Assembly: GCA_963662265.2 (NCBI GenBank)
Contig: CAXXHA010000001.1
Span: forward strand, 96,001 to 160,000
Direction: 5' to 3'
DNA length: 64,000 nucleotides
Source: Spirochaetia bacterium
GTDB lineage: Bacteria; Spirochaetota; Spirochaetia; CADAEX01
This document shows, in pieces, positions 1 through 9,670 of this stretch (positions within the stretch are counted from its first letter, which is position 1; every line of letters starts with the position of its first letter). Under the pieces are notes generated by a model. That model was not told the origin of the DNA. It saw only the letters and a list, made by a program, of their open reading frames with translations, and did not search any database. The translations under genes were made by a program, and so were the position numbers.

Positions 1-42
1 CATATTCAGTTAATGAAAATTTCAAGCTGAAATAAATTTTTG

Positions 43-71
43 TTGCAAAATAACATATATGTATATACAAT
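43..71 (+). promoter_or_regulatory. sigma70-type promoter upstream of the KamA-family gene
   Basis: TTGCAA (43-48), 17-bp spacer, TACAAT (66-71). Confidence 0.5.
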
Positions 72-405
72 AAAGCCAACACACATACATTTCATGTGTT
101 TTTAAATCCTTCTGTACCGGGAAATTATTCGTTTTGATATAAAACTTCCGACTAACTTCCCGGTATTTTATTTATCCGAAATGCTGCAAGATAACACCTG
201 TTTCTTAGTGGATATTTATTCGTGTACAAAGTTGAATAAACGATAAAAACCAATATATGCCGCATTCCGGGGAATTTTATCATTGATTCCTTCAGCTTGC
301 TTTAGATTATTTTTGAGTCATCAAACAGAAAATTGGAATCTTAATATAACAAATTTTAAAAGAACCGTAAATTTATTTTGCGGTTCAATTGATGAGCACA
401 AGATT

Positions 406-2583
406 ATGGAAAAGATTAGAACAGAAGAAACAACTCAAATCACAAATAAAGCAAAAACAAAGCTTGAACAGCTGCTGGCAGAAAACAGCAGACTCAAAGA
501 AATACTGATTTCATCCAACAATGAATCAGAAGTAAACAGCTCTTTAAAAGAGTGGTCAACATACGAACTTCAAAAAAATAAACAGGCTTATATGTTTTAC
601 AAGAATGAAGTAAGCGGCCGTAAAATCTATGAAAAACTGACACAAAAAGAAACTGCAGCAATAAGGATTCTTGATTATATAGATCACAGCAATATCATAT
701 ATGATGATCTCAATGTAAAAAACAAACGGATAATAAATAACCCGTTTAAGATATTATGGCTGGCAGCTAAATACGGGACAGGCGGAGGCAAATATTTTTT
801 CTTTGCCGATATGCTTGAACTGTTCCGGCAGTTTTCAGGAACAGAATATCCCCTCCCGTCAAAACAGCAGGTTGAGAATTGGATGGAAAAACATCCATCC
901 GGCCTGGATGAGAACATAATCATAAAAAGGGGAAAAAACAAGGAACGTATAATAAATATAATTATTGAGCTTATTGATTCGGGAAAAATAAAAAGCAGGA
1001 AATATGTATTTGATCATGATATGACTCATGAAAAGAAAAAAGAGAAAGTAAATGAATGGTGGAATACAAAACGATTTCATATCAAATTTTCCGCACGGGA
1101 TCCTGAAATGCTGAACCGGATGCTGAATTACTCACTCGATTCTGAAACCATGACAGTCTTAAGAGATGCAGAAAAAAAAGGGATACCATTCTTTGTTAAT
1201 CCATATTATCTTTCCCTTCTTGATACTGATAAAAGAAAAAAAAGCTATGCAGATTCTGCAATCAGGGCTTACATGTTATACAGCAGAAATTTTGTCAATG
1301 AATTCGGAAATATTATTGCATGGGAAAAAGAGGATATTGTAGAACCAGGGAAACCCAACGCTGCAGGATGGATACTTCCAACAGCGCATAACATACATAG
1401 AAGATACCCTGAAGTTGCAATACTGATCCCCGAATCCATGGGAAGAGCATGCGGCGGATTATGTTCATCATGCCAGAGAATGTATGATTTTCAAAATGGA
1501 AATCTGAACTTCGATTTCAAATCACTGATTCCGAATGAAAAATGGCCGGAAAAACAAAAAAAGCTTTTAAACTATTTTGAAACAGATAAAGAGCTCAAAG
1601 ATATACTTATTACCGGTGGCGATGCTTTTATGAGCTCTGATAAAACACTTGATGAGCTACTGAATGCTGTCTGTGAAATGGCACAAAGGAAAAGAGAAAA
1701 TAATAAACTGAAAAGTGAAAAATCGGCAGAAATAATACGTGTAAGACTAGGCTCAAGACTACCTGTGTATCTTCCCCAGAGAATAACACCCAAGCTGATT
1801 AAAGTACTTTCAGATTTCAGAAAAAAGGGTTCTGAAGCAGGTATCAAACAGTTCATCATACAAACCCATTTTGAGTCTGCAATGGAAATCACACCTGAAG
1901 TAAAAAAAGCTGTAAGAAAAATAATTAAAGCCGGATGGATTGTCACAAACCAGCTGGTTTTCACTGCAGCAGCATCAAGGAGAGGACACACAAACAAGCT
2001 CAGGAAAGTCCTAAACAATATTGGAGTTATTACATACTATACATTTTCTGTTAAAGGCTACATGGAAAACTATCACAGTTTTGCGACAAATGCCCGGGCT
2101 GTTCAGGAACAGATTGAAGAAAAAAAAATAGGCAGAATCCCGGACAAGTATATTGATTTCCTGAAATCCAACCAGCTTGACGCAGGTAATATTGTTGAGA
2201 ATATAAATCTTATAAGAGATATGGAAAATCTTCCTTTCCTTGCTACAGACAGGAATGTATTAAATCTCCCGGGGGTAGGAAAAAGCCTGACATTCCGGAC
2301 AGTGGGGATCACAAGAAGAGGCAGGAGAATTCTGAAATTCGACCATGATACAACACGAAACCACAGTCCTGTTATTGAACAGATGGATAACATCATAATT
2401 ATTGAATCAAAACCTGTCGGAGAATACCTGAGGCAGTTATCTCACATGGGTGAAGACCCTGATGAATATAAAACAATATGGGGATATTCCATAGGAGAAA
2501 CAGAACCCAGATTTCCGGCTTTTGAATACCCTGAGAAGCCTGATAATTCTTATGAAGAAAACAGGCAACCTGTTTTAGTATAG
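406..2583 (+). CDS. long KamA-family radical SAM protein (lysine 2,3-aminomutase-like) with N-terminal extension
   Basis: CGGLCSSCQR CxxxCxxC motif, HRRYPEVAIL, DILITGGD, RVRLGSRLPV, NQLVF. ATG at 406 preferred over TTG at 283. Confidence 0.85.
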   Translation: MEKIRTEETTQITNKAKTKLEQLLAENSRLKEILISSNNESEVNSSLKEWSTYELQKNKQAYMFYKNEVSGRKIYEKLTQKETAAIRILDYIDHSNIIYDDLNVKNKRIINNPFKILWLAAKYGTGGGKYFFFADMLELFRQFSGTEYPLPSKQQVENWMEKHPSGLDENIIIKRGKNKERIINIIIELIDSGKIKSRKYVFDHDMTHEKKKEKVNEWWNTKRFHIKFSARDPEMLNRMLNYSLDSETMTVLRDAEKKGIPFFVNPYYLSLLDTDKRKKSYADSAIRAYMLYSRNFVNEFGNIIAWEKEDIVEPGKPNAAGWILPTAHNIHRRYPEVAILIPESMGRACGGLCSSCQRMYDFQNGNLNFDFKSLIPNEKWPEKQKKLLNYFETDKELKDILITGGDAFMSSDKTLDELLNAVCEMAQRKRENNKLKSEKSAEIIRVRLGSRLPVYLPQRITPKLIKVLSDFRKKGSEAGIKQFIIQTHFESAMEITPEVKKAVRKIIKAGWIVTNQLVFTAAASRRGHTNKLRKVLNNIGVITYYTFSVKGYMENYHSFATNARAVQEQIEEKKIGRIPDKYIDFLKSNQLDAGNIVENINLIRDMENLPFLATDRNVLNLPGVGKSLTFRTVGITRRGRRILKFDHDTTRNHSPVIEQMDNIIIIESKPVGEYLRQLSHMGEDPDEYKTIWGYSIGETEPRFPAFEYPEKPDNSYEENRQPVLV

Positions 2584-2651
2584 ATTTCAGTTTAATATGC
2601 TATTGGAATTATTTATGAGACACAGAAAAGCTGGCTGAAATATACTGATAA

Positions 2652-2680
2652 TTGACAGGAATTCAGTAAAATGCTAATCT
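2652..2680 (+). promoter_or_regulatory. sigma70 promoter of tRNA-Pro
   Basis: TTGACA (2652-2657), 17-bp spacer, TGn extended -10 TAATCT (2675-2680), 14 nt before the tRNA. Confidence 0.75.
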
Positions 2681-2694
2681 TTTCCTTGCAAATA

Positions 2695-2768
2695 CGGGCT
2701 GTAGCGCAGGGGTTTAGCGTACATGTCTGGGGGACATGGGGTCGGCGGTTCAAATCCGCCCAGCCCGA
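2695..2768 (+). tRNA. tRNA-Pro (anticodon GGG)
   Basis: Acceptor stem CGGGCTG/CAGCCCG, anticodon arm CATGT-CTGGGGG-ACATG, T arm GGCGG-TTCAAAT-CCGCC, discriminator A, CCA not encoded. Confidence 0.97.
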
Positions 2769-2800
2769 ATAATTTATTCCTTGCTGGACAGGGACTTACG

Positions 2801-2833
2801 AGGCTATTTAGAATCATCTAAGTAGCCTTTTTT
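2801..2833 (+). terminator. intrinsic terminator after tRNA-Pro
   Basis: AGGCTATTTAGA-atca-TCTAAGTAGCCT hairpin followed by a T run. Confidence 0.75.
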
Positions 2834-2892
2834 GTTTTTGTAGCCAAAATTGTAGCCAATTTTCAAGTCTATTTCTTAATTATTTCCAATCG

Positions 2893-4025
2893 CGTACCGT
2901 TGCAAAATTATGTCCGCAACTCTTTCTATGCAGAACTTCTGTAATAATGGTGGTGCAGTCCGAATAAAACATCGGCACAAACGACCTTGCCAGAACTTCT
3001 ACTTACAGACTTCTCTGGAATATCATCTATTCCCTGATGATGCCTGTATTTATTATAGTAGTTAACGTATTCATCAACAATCTTTTTTATCTGCTTCTTT
3101 GAAAACAAGATAAAATGATCAAGAGCTTCTTTTCTGATTGATCTTATAAATCTTTCGGCATGTGCATTCATATTTGGTGCTCTGATTCCAGTACGGACTC
3201 CAGTTATTCCATAATCAGAATAATCTATCGTTGTATATTGAGATCCATTATCATGAATTAAATAAGCATGTTCATTATCAAGGGATTCTTCAAAGTCTAT
3301 TATCTGCTGCCTGACAAACTCCCTTGTAGGATGTTCTGTTATTCTCCACTGTACTAATCTGCGGGATTTTAGCTGTATTATGAAGAAAACATACAATCTC
3401 TTACCAAAAAGACTGTCTATTGTGAAGAAATCTGTTGCAAACAAAGATTCCCAGTGTGATTTAAGGAATATCTCCCAGCTGCCTGATGGTTTTATATAGC
3501 CATTTTTTCTGAAAGTCTGAATTACTCTGTAAACTGTAGTGTAATGAATATCTATTCCCAGCTTATTCAGTTCACCAGAAATCCTTCTTGCTCCCCAGAG
3601 AAAATTGTCTTTTTTCATCTGCAAAATTAGTTGTTTGACTTGCTTTGTTAAAGCTGGTCTGCCCGGCTTTTTTCTTTTATAAGTCCATTGTTTCTTGATG
3701 AAAGCTCTCTGCCATTTTAGAAGTGTTTCAGGTTTTACAATGCAAAGATGCTTCTCTACCCTGCCTGATATGCTGCAAAGAACTGACAGAATAAAACGTT
3801 CTGATTTCTTAGTTTTTATTACCTTCTCAGACACTTTAAGATGCCGCTTCAGGATATCATTTTCTTTCTTCAACGAGAGAATTATAAGAATCAAAGATCT
3901 TCTTTTCTTGAATGTGAATAACAGTAGAAACTTTACCAAACTGCAGAACAATTTAAACATATATTACTATCGACAATATGAAATATAACCGAAAATATCT
4001 ACGGACGTAATTTTGCAACGGTACG
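2893..4025 (-). mobile_element. insertion sequence with rve/DDE transposase (IS481-like, family uncertain)
   Basis: Inverted repeats 2891-2916 and 4002-4027 match at 25/26 (CGCGTACCGTTGCAAAATTA(T/C)GTCCG) and bracket one transposase ORF. Confidence 0.88.
2926..3960 (-). CDS. integrase core domain (rve) DDE transposase
   Basis: GRP..WGARRISGEL.KLG HTH region; catalytic D (FATDFF), D (IHDNG), E (AERFIRS); YN..RHHQG. Confidence 0.9.
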   Translation of the reverse strand: MFKLFCSLVKFLLLFTFKKRRSLILIILSLKKENDILKRHLKVSEKVIKTKKSERFILSVLCSISGRVEKHLCIVKPETLLKWQRAFIKKQWTYKRKKPGRPALTKQVKQLILQMKKDNFLWGARRISGELNKLGIDIHYTTVYRVIQTFRKNGYIKPSGSWEIFLKSHWESLFATDFFTIDSLFGKRLYVFFIIQLKSRRLVQWRITEHPTREFVRQQIIDFEESLDNEHAYLIHDNGSQYTTIDYSDYGITGVRTGIRAPNMNAHAERFIRSIRKEALDHFILFSKKQIKKIVDEYVNYYNKYRHHQGIDDIPEKSVSRSSGKVVCADVLFGLHHHYYRSSA

Positions 4026-4095
4026 CGGTACGTGACTGAATATTACAAAAAATATTTTTAATTTATACTGCAGTTTAATCAAGTTTCTCCTGCCC

Positions 4096-4143
4096 AAAAA
4101 TAAAAGCTCCAATCTTTTTTATATCAAAGATTCAGAGCTTTAT
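4096..4143 (-). terminator. intrinsic terminator of the PTS operon
   Basis: ATAAAAGCTC..AATCTTT / AAAGATT..GAGCTTTTAT inverted repeat with a T run on the minus strand, downstream of ptsI. Confidence 0.55.
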
Positions 4144-4220
4144 ATAGATTTATTAAGAGACTCATTTTTCTATAACAATATTTATAATTACGCTAATAAT
4201 TCATCATTTTTTAAACATTT

Positions 4221-5918
4221 CTATTCAGAAAGTAAATATGGCTTACAAAAGTTTCTGACAGTTTCAGCATCAGAAGCACTAATGCAATTCTCAACAAGCA
4301 GGGACAACTCACTCTTTTTATATCTACGCAAACGGTCTTTTATACCAGGGATCATGCCAGCGGCCATGCTGAATTCATCAAGGCCCATACCCAACAGAAG
4401 AGCTGATGCAAGAGGATCTCCAGCCATTGAGCCACACATTCCTACTTTCTTACCATGTTTATGGGCATTTTTTATAACCATTTGAATTAATCGCAATACT
4501 GACGGATCAAAATAATCTGCAATATCTGCAATCATCTCATTAGTCCTGTCAACAGCCAATGCATACTGGGTAAGATCGTTTGTTCCTATACTGAAAAAAT
4601 CAACCATTTTTGCAAAGACATCTGTCATTAGTGCAGCTGAAGGTAATTCAACCATAATTCCAATTTCGACATCAGAATATTCTTTTTGCTCTTTTTCCAG
4701 TATTTGGCAGGCTTCATAAAGAGCTTTTTTTATCTGAATCACTTCAGATGTGCGTGCAACCATGGGAAGGAGAATCTTTACATTATGCTTTGCTCGTGTC
4801 CTTAAAATTGCTTTTAGCTGGGGAATAAGCAGAGATTCAGGCTCAGCCAGCGCAAGGCGGATAGCTCTTTGCCCAAGAAAAGGATTTTGTTCTTCAGGAA
4901 GGTTGAAAGAAGGGAGTTCTTTATCACCTCCGATATCCATAGTTCTGATAATAACTGTGGATTCACGGAAAACAGAAGCAATCTCACAATACCACTTATA
5001 CTGTTCTTCTTCATCTGGCAGGACATTTCGATTAAGAAACATAAATTCAGTTCTTAACAGTCCAACACCTTCAGCTCCAAATTGTTTTCCAAGCCTGGCA
5101 TCTGAAACTGAACCGATATTTGCAAAAACCTCAATATATTCACCATCACGGGTAATTACTTTTTCACATGCCCGGGCATTTATTTCCATTTTTTTCTTTT
5201 TATAGTTTTCTTCTATTATTTTATATTCACTTTGAAGATCTTCTTCCGGTTCGAGAATAAGAGCCCCCTCAATAGCATCCAGTATTACATCAGTACCTGA
5301 ATCAATTTCAACTTTTTTCAAACCGACAAGAGAAGGTATACCGATGCTCCTTGAAATAATTGCTGTATGAGATGTAGAACTTCCAGTTTCGGTACAAATT
5401 CCAAGAAGCATATTCCTGTCGATATAAGCAGTATCACTTGGAGTTAGATCATGAGCAATTACAATAGACGGTTCTGTCATGTCGTAAAAGGGTTTATTAC
5501 TAATACCAAGGAGATTCTTTATTATTCGTGAGCCAAGATCCTTTATATCTGATGCTCTTTGTGCAAAATATTCATCTTCAATTTCAGAAAACTCTTCTGC
5601 CAGCTCATCAGTTACACTGGAAACAGTATATTCAGCATTACAACCATCGGAAGTTATTTTATCTTCAATCATTCCTCCAAAAGAAGGATCGGTTAAAAAT
5701 TCAATCTGTATCTCAAAGATTTCCGCTCCTTCCTTGAAATTATTGGAAAGATTAATTAAATCTAATTCAACCTGTTTTCTGACAGCTTTAAACCTATCAA
5801 GTTCAGCAACTGTATCAACAACAATTTGCTTTTTCACAGTAAGTTCCGGTTGTTTATAATAGTAAGCTTTACCACGGACAATTCCGCCGCTGGCAATAAC
5901 TCCGGAGATTTTTTTCAT
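4221..5918 (-). CDS. ptsI: phosphoenolpyruvate-protein phosphotransferase (PTS enzyme I)
   Basis: TSHTAIISR phospho-His motif, GVGLLRTEF, IRTMDIGGDK, NPFLGQRAIR, SIGTNDLTQY. ATG at 5918 with GAGG RBS. Confidence 0.95.
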   Translation of the reverse strand: MKKISGVIASGGIVRGKAYYYKQPELTVKKQIVVDTVAELDRFKAVRKQVELDLINLSNNFKEGAEIFEIQIEFLTDPSFGGMIEDKITSDGCNAEYTVSSVTDELAEEFSEIEDEYFAQRASDIKDLGSRIIKNLLGISNKPFYDMTEPSIVIAHDLTPSDTAYIDRNMLLGICTETGSSTSHTAIISRSIGIPSLVGLKKVEIDSGTDVILDAIEGALILEPEEDLQSEYKIIEENYKKKKMEINARACEKVITRDGEYIEVFANIGSVSDARLGKQFGAEGVGLLRTEFMFLNRNVLPDEEEQYKWYCEIASVFRESTVIIRTMDIGGDKELPSFNLPEEQNPFLGQRAIRLALAEPESLLIPQLKAILRTRAKHNVKILLPMVARTSEVIQIKKALYEACQILEKEQKEYSDVEIGIMVELPSAALMTDVFAKMVDFFSIGTNDLTQYALAVDRTNEMIADIADYFDPSVLRLIQMVIKNAHKHGKKVGMCGSMAGDPLASALLLGMGLDEFSMAAGMIPGIKDRLRRYKKSELSLLVENCISASDAETVRNFCKPYLLSE

Positions 5919-5989
5919 ATAATACCTCAATTCATAAAAAGCCGGTCAGTAAATGCTATCACCAACCGGGATTTAAGTAAAAATACAAG

Positions 5990-7282
5990 TTAATTAAATA
6001 TCTTATCCTGAATCTTTCTCATATGAACAATCGCTGAATCATTATCAACAGAAACTGAATCATAAGTTACAATATCTCCTGACTTAATATCCTTTAGTAC
6101 CTTTGTACGGGGAGTAATAAGTCCCAAAGGCAACGCATTTTTCGATTTAGCTTCTTTATATTCACATATTGATCCAAAAACAGTAAATCCACCGATACCA
6201 TCAAGGTATTCTCCAGCTTTAAGATCTCTTTTTGCAATAGTGATAGTCTCGGAAACAAGACCTCCCTTAGGAATAATTGTGGGTTTTCCTTCAAGATAGG
6301 CTCTTGCAACAGATATAGGGGTTTCCAGATTACATAAATGGAACGGCCTGTACAGAATATAATTTGGACCTTCTCCCATACTGTGATAATTCATCTGATA
6401 ATGCAGCTCTTTGCTTTCGCTGGAAACCATGACAAAAACGCCAGGGGCAATACCATTGATATACTCAACAGTCCCATAGCGGTTCATAATTCCCCCCTCT
6501 TCTTTGAGGCTCAGCAACTTAGGCATTTCTTCAATGGTAGCAGAAGGCCCATGCCCGCCAATAACATCAGGAACAAGTCCTGTTGCATTTGACATTGCAG
6601 TCATTTCAACCATTGTCTTTGTCCCGTCTTTAAAAGCACAGAGCATTTTAGGACTCACGCCCCGTCGGACAGCTTCATCTTGAACTGTTTCTGGAGTACA
6701 TCCGGCAACAACAACATTATTTTTACCTTTGCCCATGCAGCGTATTTCCAAACCTATGGCTTCTGCAAAATCGTATAACTCCATTACAGCGCCGGGTTCA
6801 TCCCCTGCAGAACCTGTATATACAACACCATTAGATTGCGCCATTTTATTTAACATTGGACCAATAACTACATCAGTTTCAACATTAAGCATGACAACAT
6901 GTTTCCTGTTCTGAATAGCGTCATAGGCCATTACAGCCCCAACTTCAGGAACACCTGTTGCATCAATACATGCATCAATAATATCAGACCTGGAAACTAT
7001 TTCCTGGTTATCAGTAACTACACGCTTACCAGCTTCAAGCCAGCGGTTTGCTTCAGTTACATTTCCAACTTTTTTTATATCATTTTCAGCAACACCAGCG
7101 TTTTTAAAAGCCTCTACAGCAAGATCGACATTGATATCAGCTACAACAACAGTCTCCATCCCATTCATTGTCTCTATCTGATTAGCCATACCCCGGCCCA
7201 TCTGACCGGCGCCGATCAAACCGACTTTTATTGATTTTCCCTCTTCAGCCAGGGATCTGAGCTTATTATTTATTTGAATCAT
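5990..7282 (-). CDS. NAD(P)-dependent oxidoreductase, homoserine dehydrogenase-like with C-terminal SAF domain (COG4091 type)
   Basis: GLIGAGQMG Rossmann motif, DGTKTMVEM, LYRPFHL, C-terminal AKRDLKAGEYLDGIGG SAF domain. Confidence 0.85.
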   Translation of the reverse strand: MIQINNKLRSLAEEGKSIKVGLIGAGQMGRGMANQIETMNGMETVVVADINVDLAVEAFKNAGVAENDIKKVGNVTEANRWLEAGKRVVTDNQEIVSRSDIIDACIDATGVPEVGAVMAYDAIQNRKHVVMLNVETDVVIGPMLNKMAQSNGVVYTGSAGDEPGAVMELYDFAEAIGLEIRCMGKGKNNVVVAGCTPETVQDEAVRRGVSPKMLCAFKDGTKTMVEMTAMSNATGLVPDVIGGHGPSATIEEMPKLLSLKEEGGIMNRYGTVEYINGIAPGVFVMVSSESKELHYQMNYHSMGEGPNYILYRPFHLCNLETPISVARAYLEGKPTIIPKGGLVSETITIAKRDLKAGEYLDGIGGFTVFGSICEYKEAKSKNALPLGLITPRTKVLKDIKSGDIVTYDSVSVDNDSAIVHMRKIQDKIFN

Positions 7283-7341
7283 TATTTGTCCTTGAGTTCA
7301 TAATTTTATAGTATAATCTTATTTAAATTTTACAGAATCAG

Positions 7342-7617
7342 CTAATCTTCATTCTCAATATTATCAATATATACTTTCAAAGCTTCATAAGCCTTATCTT
7401 CATCATCTCCATCTATCCAGAGCTGGATTTCATGGTTCTGTGCAACTGCCAGTTTAATAAGCTTCACCAGACTTTTTGCATCTATTACATCACTATCTCT
7501 AGTAATATTCTTTATTTTTATATTTGAAGTAAATCCCTTTGCCAGTTTCGTAAATTTTGCTGCCGGCCGGGCATGAAGCCCAATCGGGTGATTAATAACA
7601 AATTTAGCTTCTCTCAT
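7342..7617 (-). CDS. ptsH: phosphocarrier protein HPr
   Basis: GLHARPAA (His15) and DAKSL (Ser46-equivalent) motifs, 91 aa. Confidence 0.93.
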   Translation of the reverse strand: MREAKFVINHPIGLHARPAAKFTKLAKGFTSNIKIKNITRDSDVIDAKSLVKLIKLAVAQNHEIQLWIDGDDEDKAYEALKVYIDNIENED

Positions 7618-7636
7618 TTTTCTTCTCCTGGTTGTG

Positions 7637-8005
7637 TTATGATGTTATTTTCAACTCCAGACCGGGTTTTATCACGGGAATTCCCACCTCCGGTACAGTA
7701 ATATCCCCATCCATCTCAGCTTCATTTAAACCATTGAATTTTATTACAATATGTCCCAGATTCTTGATATTTTCATTTGCAACAGAACCGACTGCCAGAA
7801 CAGGGAATTTCTCCCCTCCTAAACTGATAGTATCTCCAACAGCAATATCTGATATCTGAGGTTCGGATCTGTTATGTATAACTGCAACTTCCTTAAGTTC
7901 ATCTGGCGCTGATTCTGCAAAGAATACGAGAACACCTTCATTAATAAATTCACCGGCAAAATCACCTATAGATGTTACCGTTGCTCTGTATTTTTCAACA
8001 CTCAT
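7637..8005 (-). CDS. srlB: PTS glucitol/sorbitol-family EIIA
   Basis: AVGSVANENIKNLGHIVIKF motif, 122 aa, operon context. Confidence 0.9.
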   Translation of the reverse strand: MSVEKYRATVTSIGDFAGEFINEGVLVFFAESAPDELKEVAVIHNRSEPQISDIAVGDTISLGGEKFPVLAVGSVANENIKNLGHIVIKFNGLNEAEMDGDITVPEVGIPVIKPGLELKITS

Positions 8006-8026
8006 ATTTCATCCTTTCAGTTAAAA

Positions 8027-8050
8027 GGACTGGAATATGAATTCCAGTCC
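8027..8050. other. intergenic stem-loop inside the PTS operon
   Basis: GGACTGGAAT-atga-ATTCCAGTCC perfect 10-bp stem. Confidence 0.6.
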
Positions 8051-8059
8051 CTAATAATT

Positions 8060-8566
8060 TTATTCAACAATACTGATGTCATTCTCTTTAACACCTGAAA
8101 CAAAATTCTTCTCGTTTATGAATTTTGCCAAAGGACCTGAAGGAGATGTGGGATGAATGTCTACTGTAAGAACACCTTTCATCGGATAAACACCAACACG
8201 AGCAGTTCCACCACAGTCTATTACTGCTACAGCAATTTTGCTGAAATCAGCATTTGATTTAAATCCATCAAATGTTTCGCCCCCAGTAAGATCCGCAATT
8301 TTCTGTGCAACAGGGTGTATTCCTCCGCCAGTAACAGAATATATCAGATTCTTATCATCAGTAGGCTCTATTTCAAGCGGGCCGCCCCATCCTCTTGAAC
8401 CACATTTAATCCGGCATCTTTTATATGCACCATTTGATGATCTTTTTACAGGTTCAACTACAGGATTCTGTTCTAATGCCTCAGTGTTTTCTGCTTCATT
8501 CTTTACCGGTTCGGTTTCAGGAGCTTCCCCCACCATAGCCTTTTTTAATTTATTCCAAAATGACAT
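8060..8566 (-). CDS. srlE: PTS glucitol-family EIIB domain (N-terminal half of SrlE, stand-alone)
   Basis: GWGGPL, VTGGGIHPVA, IDCGGTARVGVYP, SGPLAKFINE motifs. Confidence 0.85.
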   Translation of the reverse strand: MSFWNKLKKAMVGEAPETEPVKNEAENTEALEQNPVVEPVKRSSNGAYKRCRIKCGSRGWGGPLEIEPTDDKNLIYSVTGGGIHPVAQKIADLTGGETFDGFKSNADFSKIAVAVIDCGGTARVGVYPMKGVLTVDIHPTSPSGPLAKFINEKNFVSGVKENDISIVE

Positions 8567-8581
8567 TCATCTCTCCCTTAT

Positions 8582-9127
8582 TTATTTTGAATAGAGACCT
8601 GCACTTGCAAACCAAGCAAGAACAACTGCTAAAGGTCCTGTAACCATACGGGAAAACAGAACTGCCGGAACACCAATCTCAACTGTCTCAGGTTCTGCTT
8701 CTCCAAGAGAAAGACCAACAGGTATAAAGTCGCAACCAACTTGAGGATTAATTGCAAATAAAGCGGGAAGAGCATACTGAGGTGCTATATTTCCTCTTCC
8801 TATCTCAACACCAATCAAAGTACCAATAACCTGAGCTATAACAGCACCTGGGCCAAGAAGGGGAGATAAAAATGGAAGACCAATAATTACAGACATAATA
8901 AGAAGTCCAATTATATTTCCTGCAAGTCCTGTTAATCCTTCTGCAATAATTGTTCCAATATTTGTTGCCAGAATAATACCAATTATCAAACTGATAAATG
9001 CCATAAAAGGAATAACATTTTTTATAACAGAATCAACAGCATCCCGTCCTGCCTGATAAAGAGCTGCTACTACAGTACCGGCTCCCCGTCCAATTTTATT
9101 TAAAGATTTTATTACTGCATTTGCCAT
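8582..9127 (-). CDS. srlE: PTS glucitol-family EIIC2 domain (C-terminal half of SrlE, stand-alone)
   Basis: LSPLLGPGAVIAQVIG, ALPALFAIN.QVGCDFIPVGLSL, EPETVEIGVPAVL motifs. Confidence 0.85.
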   Translation of the reverse strand: MANAVIKSLNKIGRGAGTVVAALYQAGRDAVDSVIKNVIPFMAFISLIIGIILATNIGTIIAEGLTGLAGNIIGLLIMSVIIGLPFLSPLLGPGAVIAQVIGTLIGVEIGRGNIAPQYALPALFAINPQVGCDFIPVGLSLGEAEPETVEIGVPAVLFSRMVTGPLAVVLAWFASAGLYSK

Positions 9128-9136
9128 ATATTCCCC

Positions 9137-9670
9137 CTATACTTCTGCTTTTTTCCACATAACAGCAGTTATTCTCTCAGTCACAATACCTCTGATAAAA
9201 ATAACAACAAGACCAACAAGCATATATCTTATAGCAAGGTCCCCAAGACCAAGACCCAGCTGGGTAATTCCTGCTGCAATACCTGACCATACAAAGATTT
9301 CTCCAGGATTTATATGCGGGAAAATCCCCAACGGCGGATGCACATATGAAACAGCTGCATCATAAAATGCGGGCTTGAATTTCTCAGGTAAAAATCGCCC
9401 CATTGTATAAGCCATCGGATTTGTCAAAAAGAAAACTGACAGAAACGGTAGCAGTATATATCTGATAGGATAAAAAAGAATCCCATCACGAGCTGCCCAT
9501 TTCCCAACTCTTTCAATTTTTTCAGGACCTATTAATGCTATAAGTGCATTTACAGCTGTCATCAATACGATGAGCAATGGTACAATGCCTGTGACAAGAC
9601 CCAGAAACGTTTGGCCGCCCGTTTGGAATAGCCCGATAAAACTTTCAGCAAATTTTGCTAAACTTTCCAT
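9137..9670 (-). CDS. srlA: PTS glucitol/sorbitol-family EIIC
   Basis: FIGLFQTGG, NPMAYTMGRFLPEKFKP, GIFPHINPGE motifs. Confidence 0.92.
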   Translation of the reverse strand: MESLAKFAESFIGLFQTGGQTFLGLVTGIVPLLIVLMTAVNALIALIGPEKIERVGKWAARDGILFYPIRYILLPFLSVFFLTNPMAYTMGRFLPEKFKPAFYDAAVSYVHPPLGIFPHINPGEIFVWSGIAAGITQLGLGLGDLAIRYMLVGLVVIFIRGIVTERITAVMWKKAEV

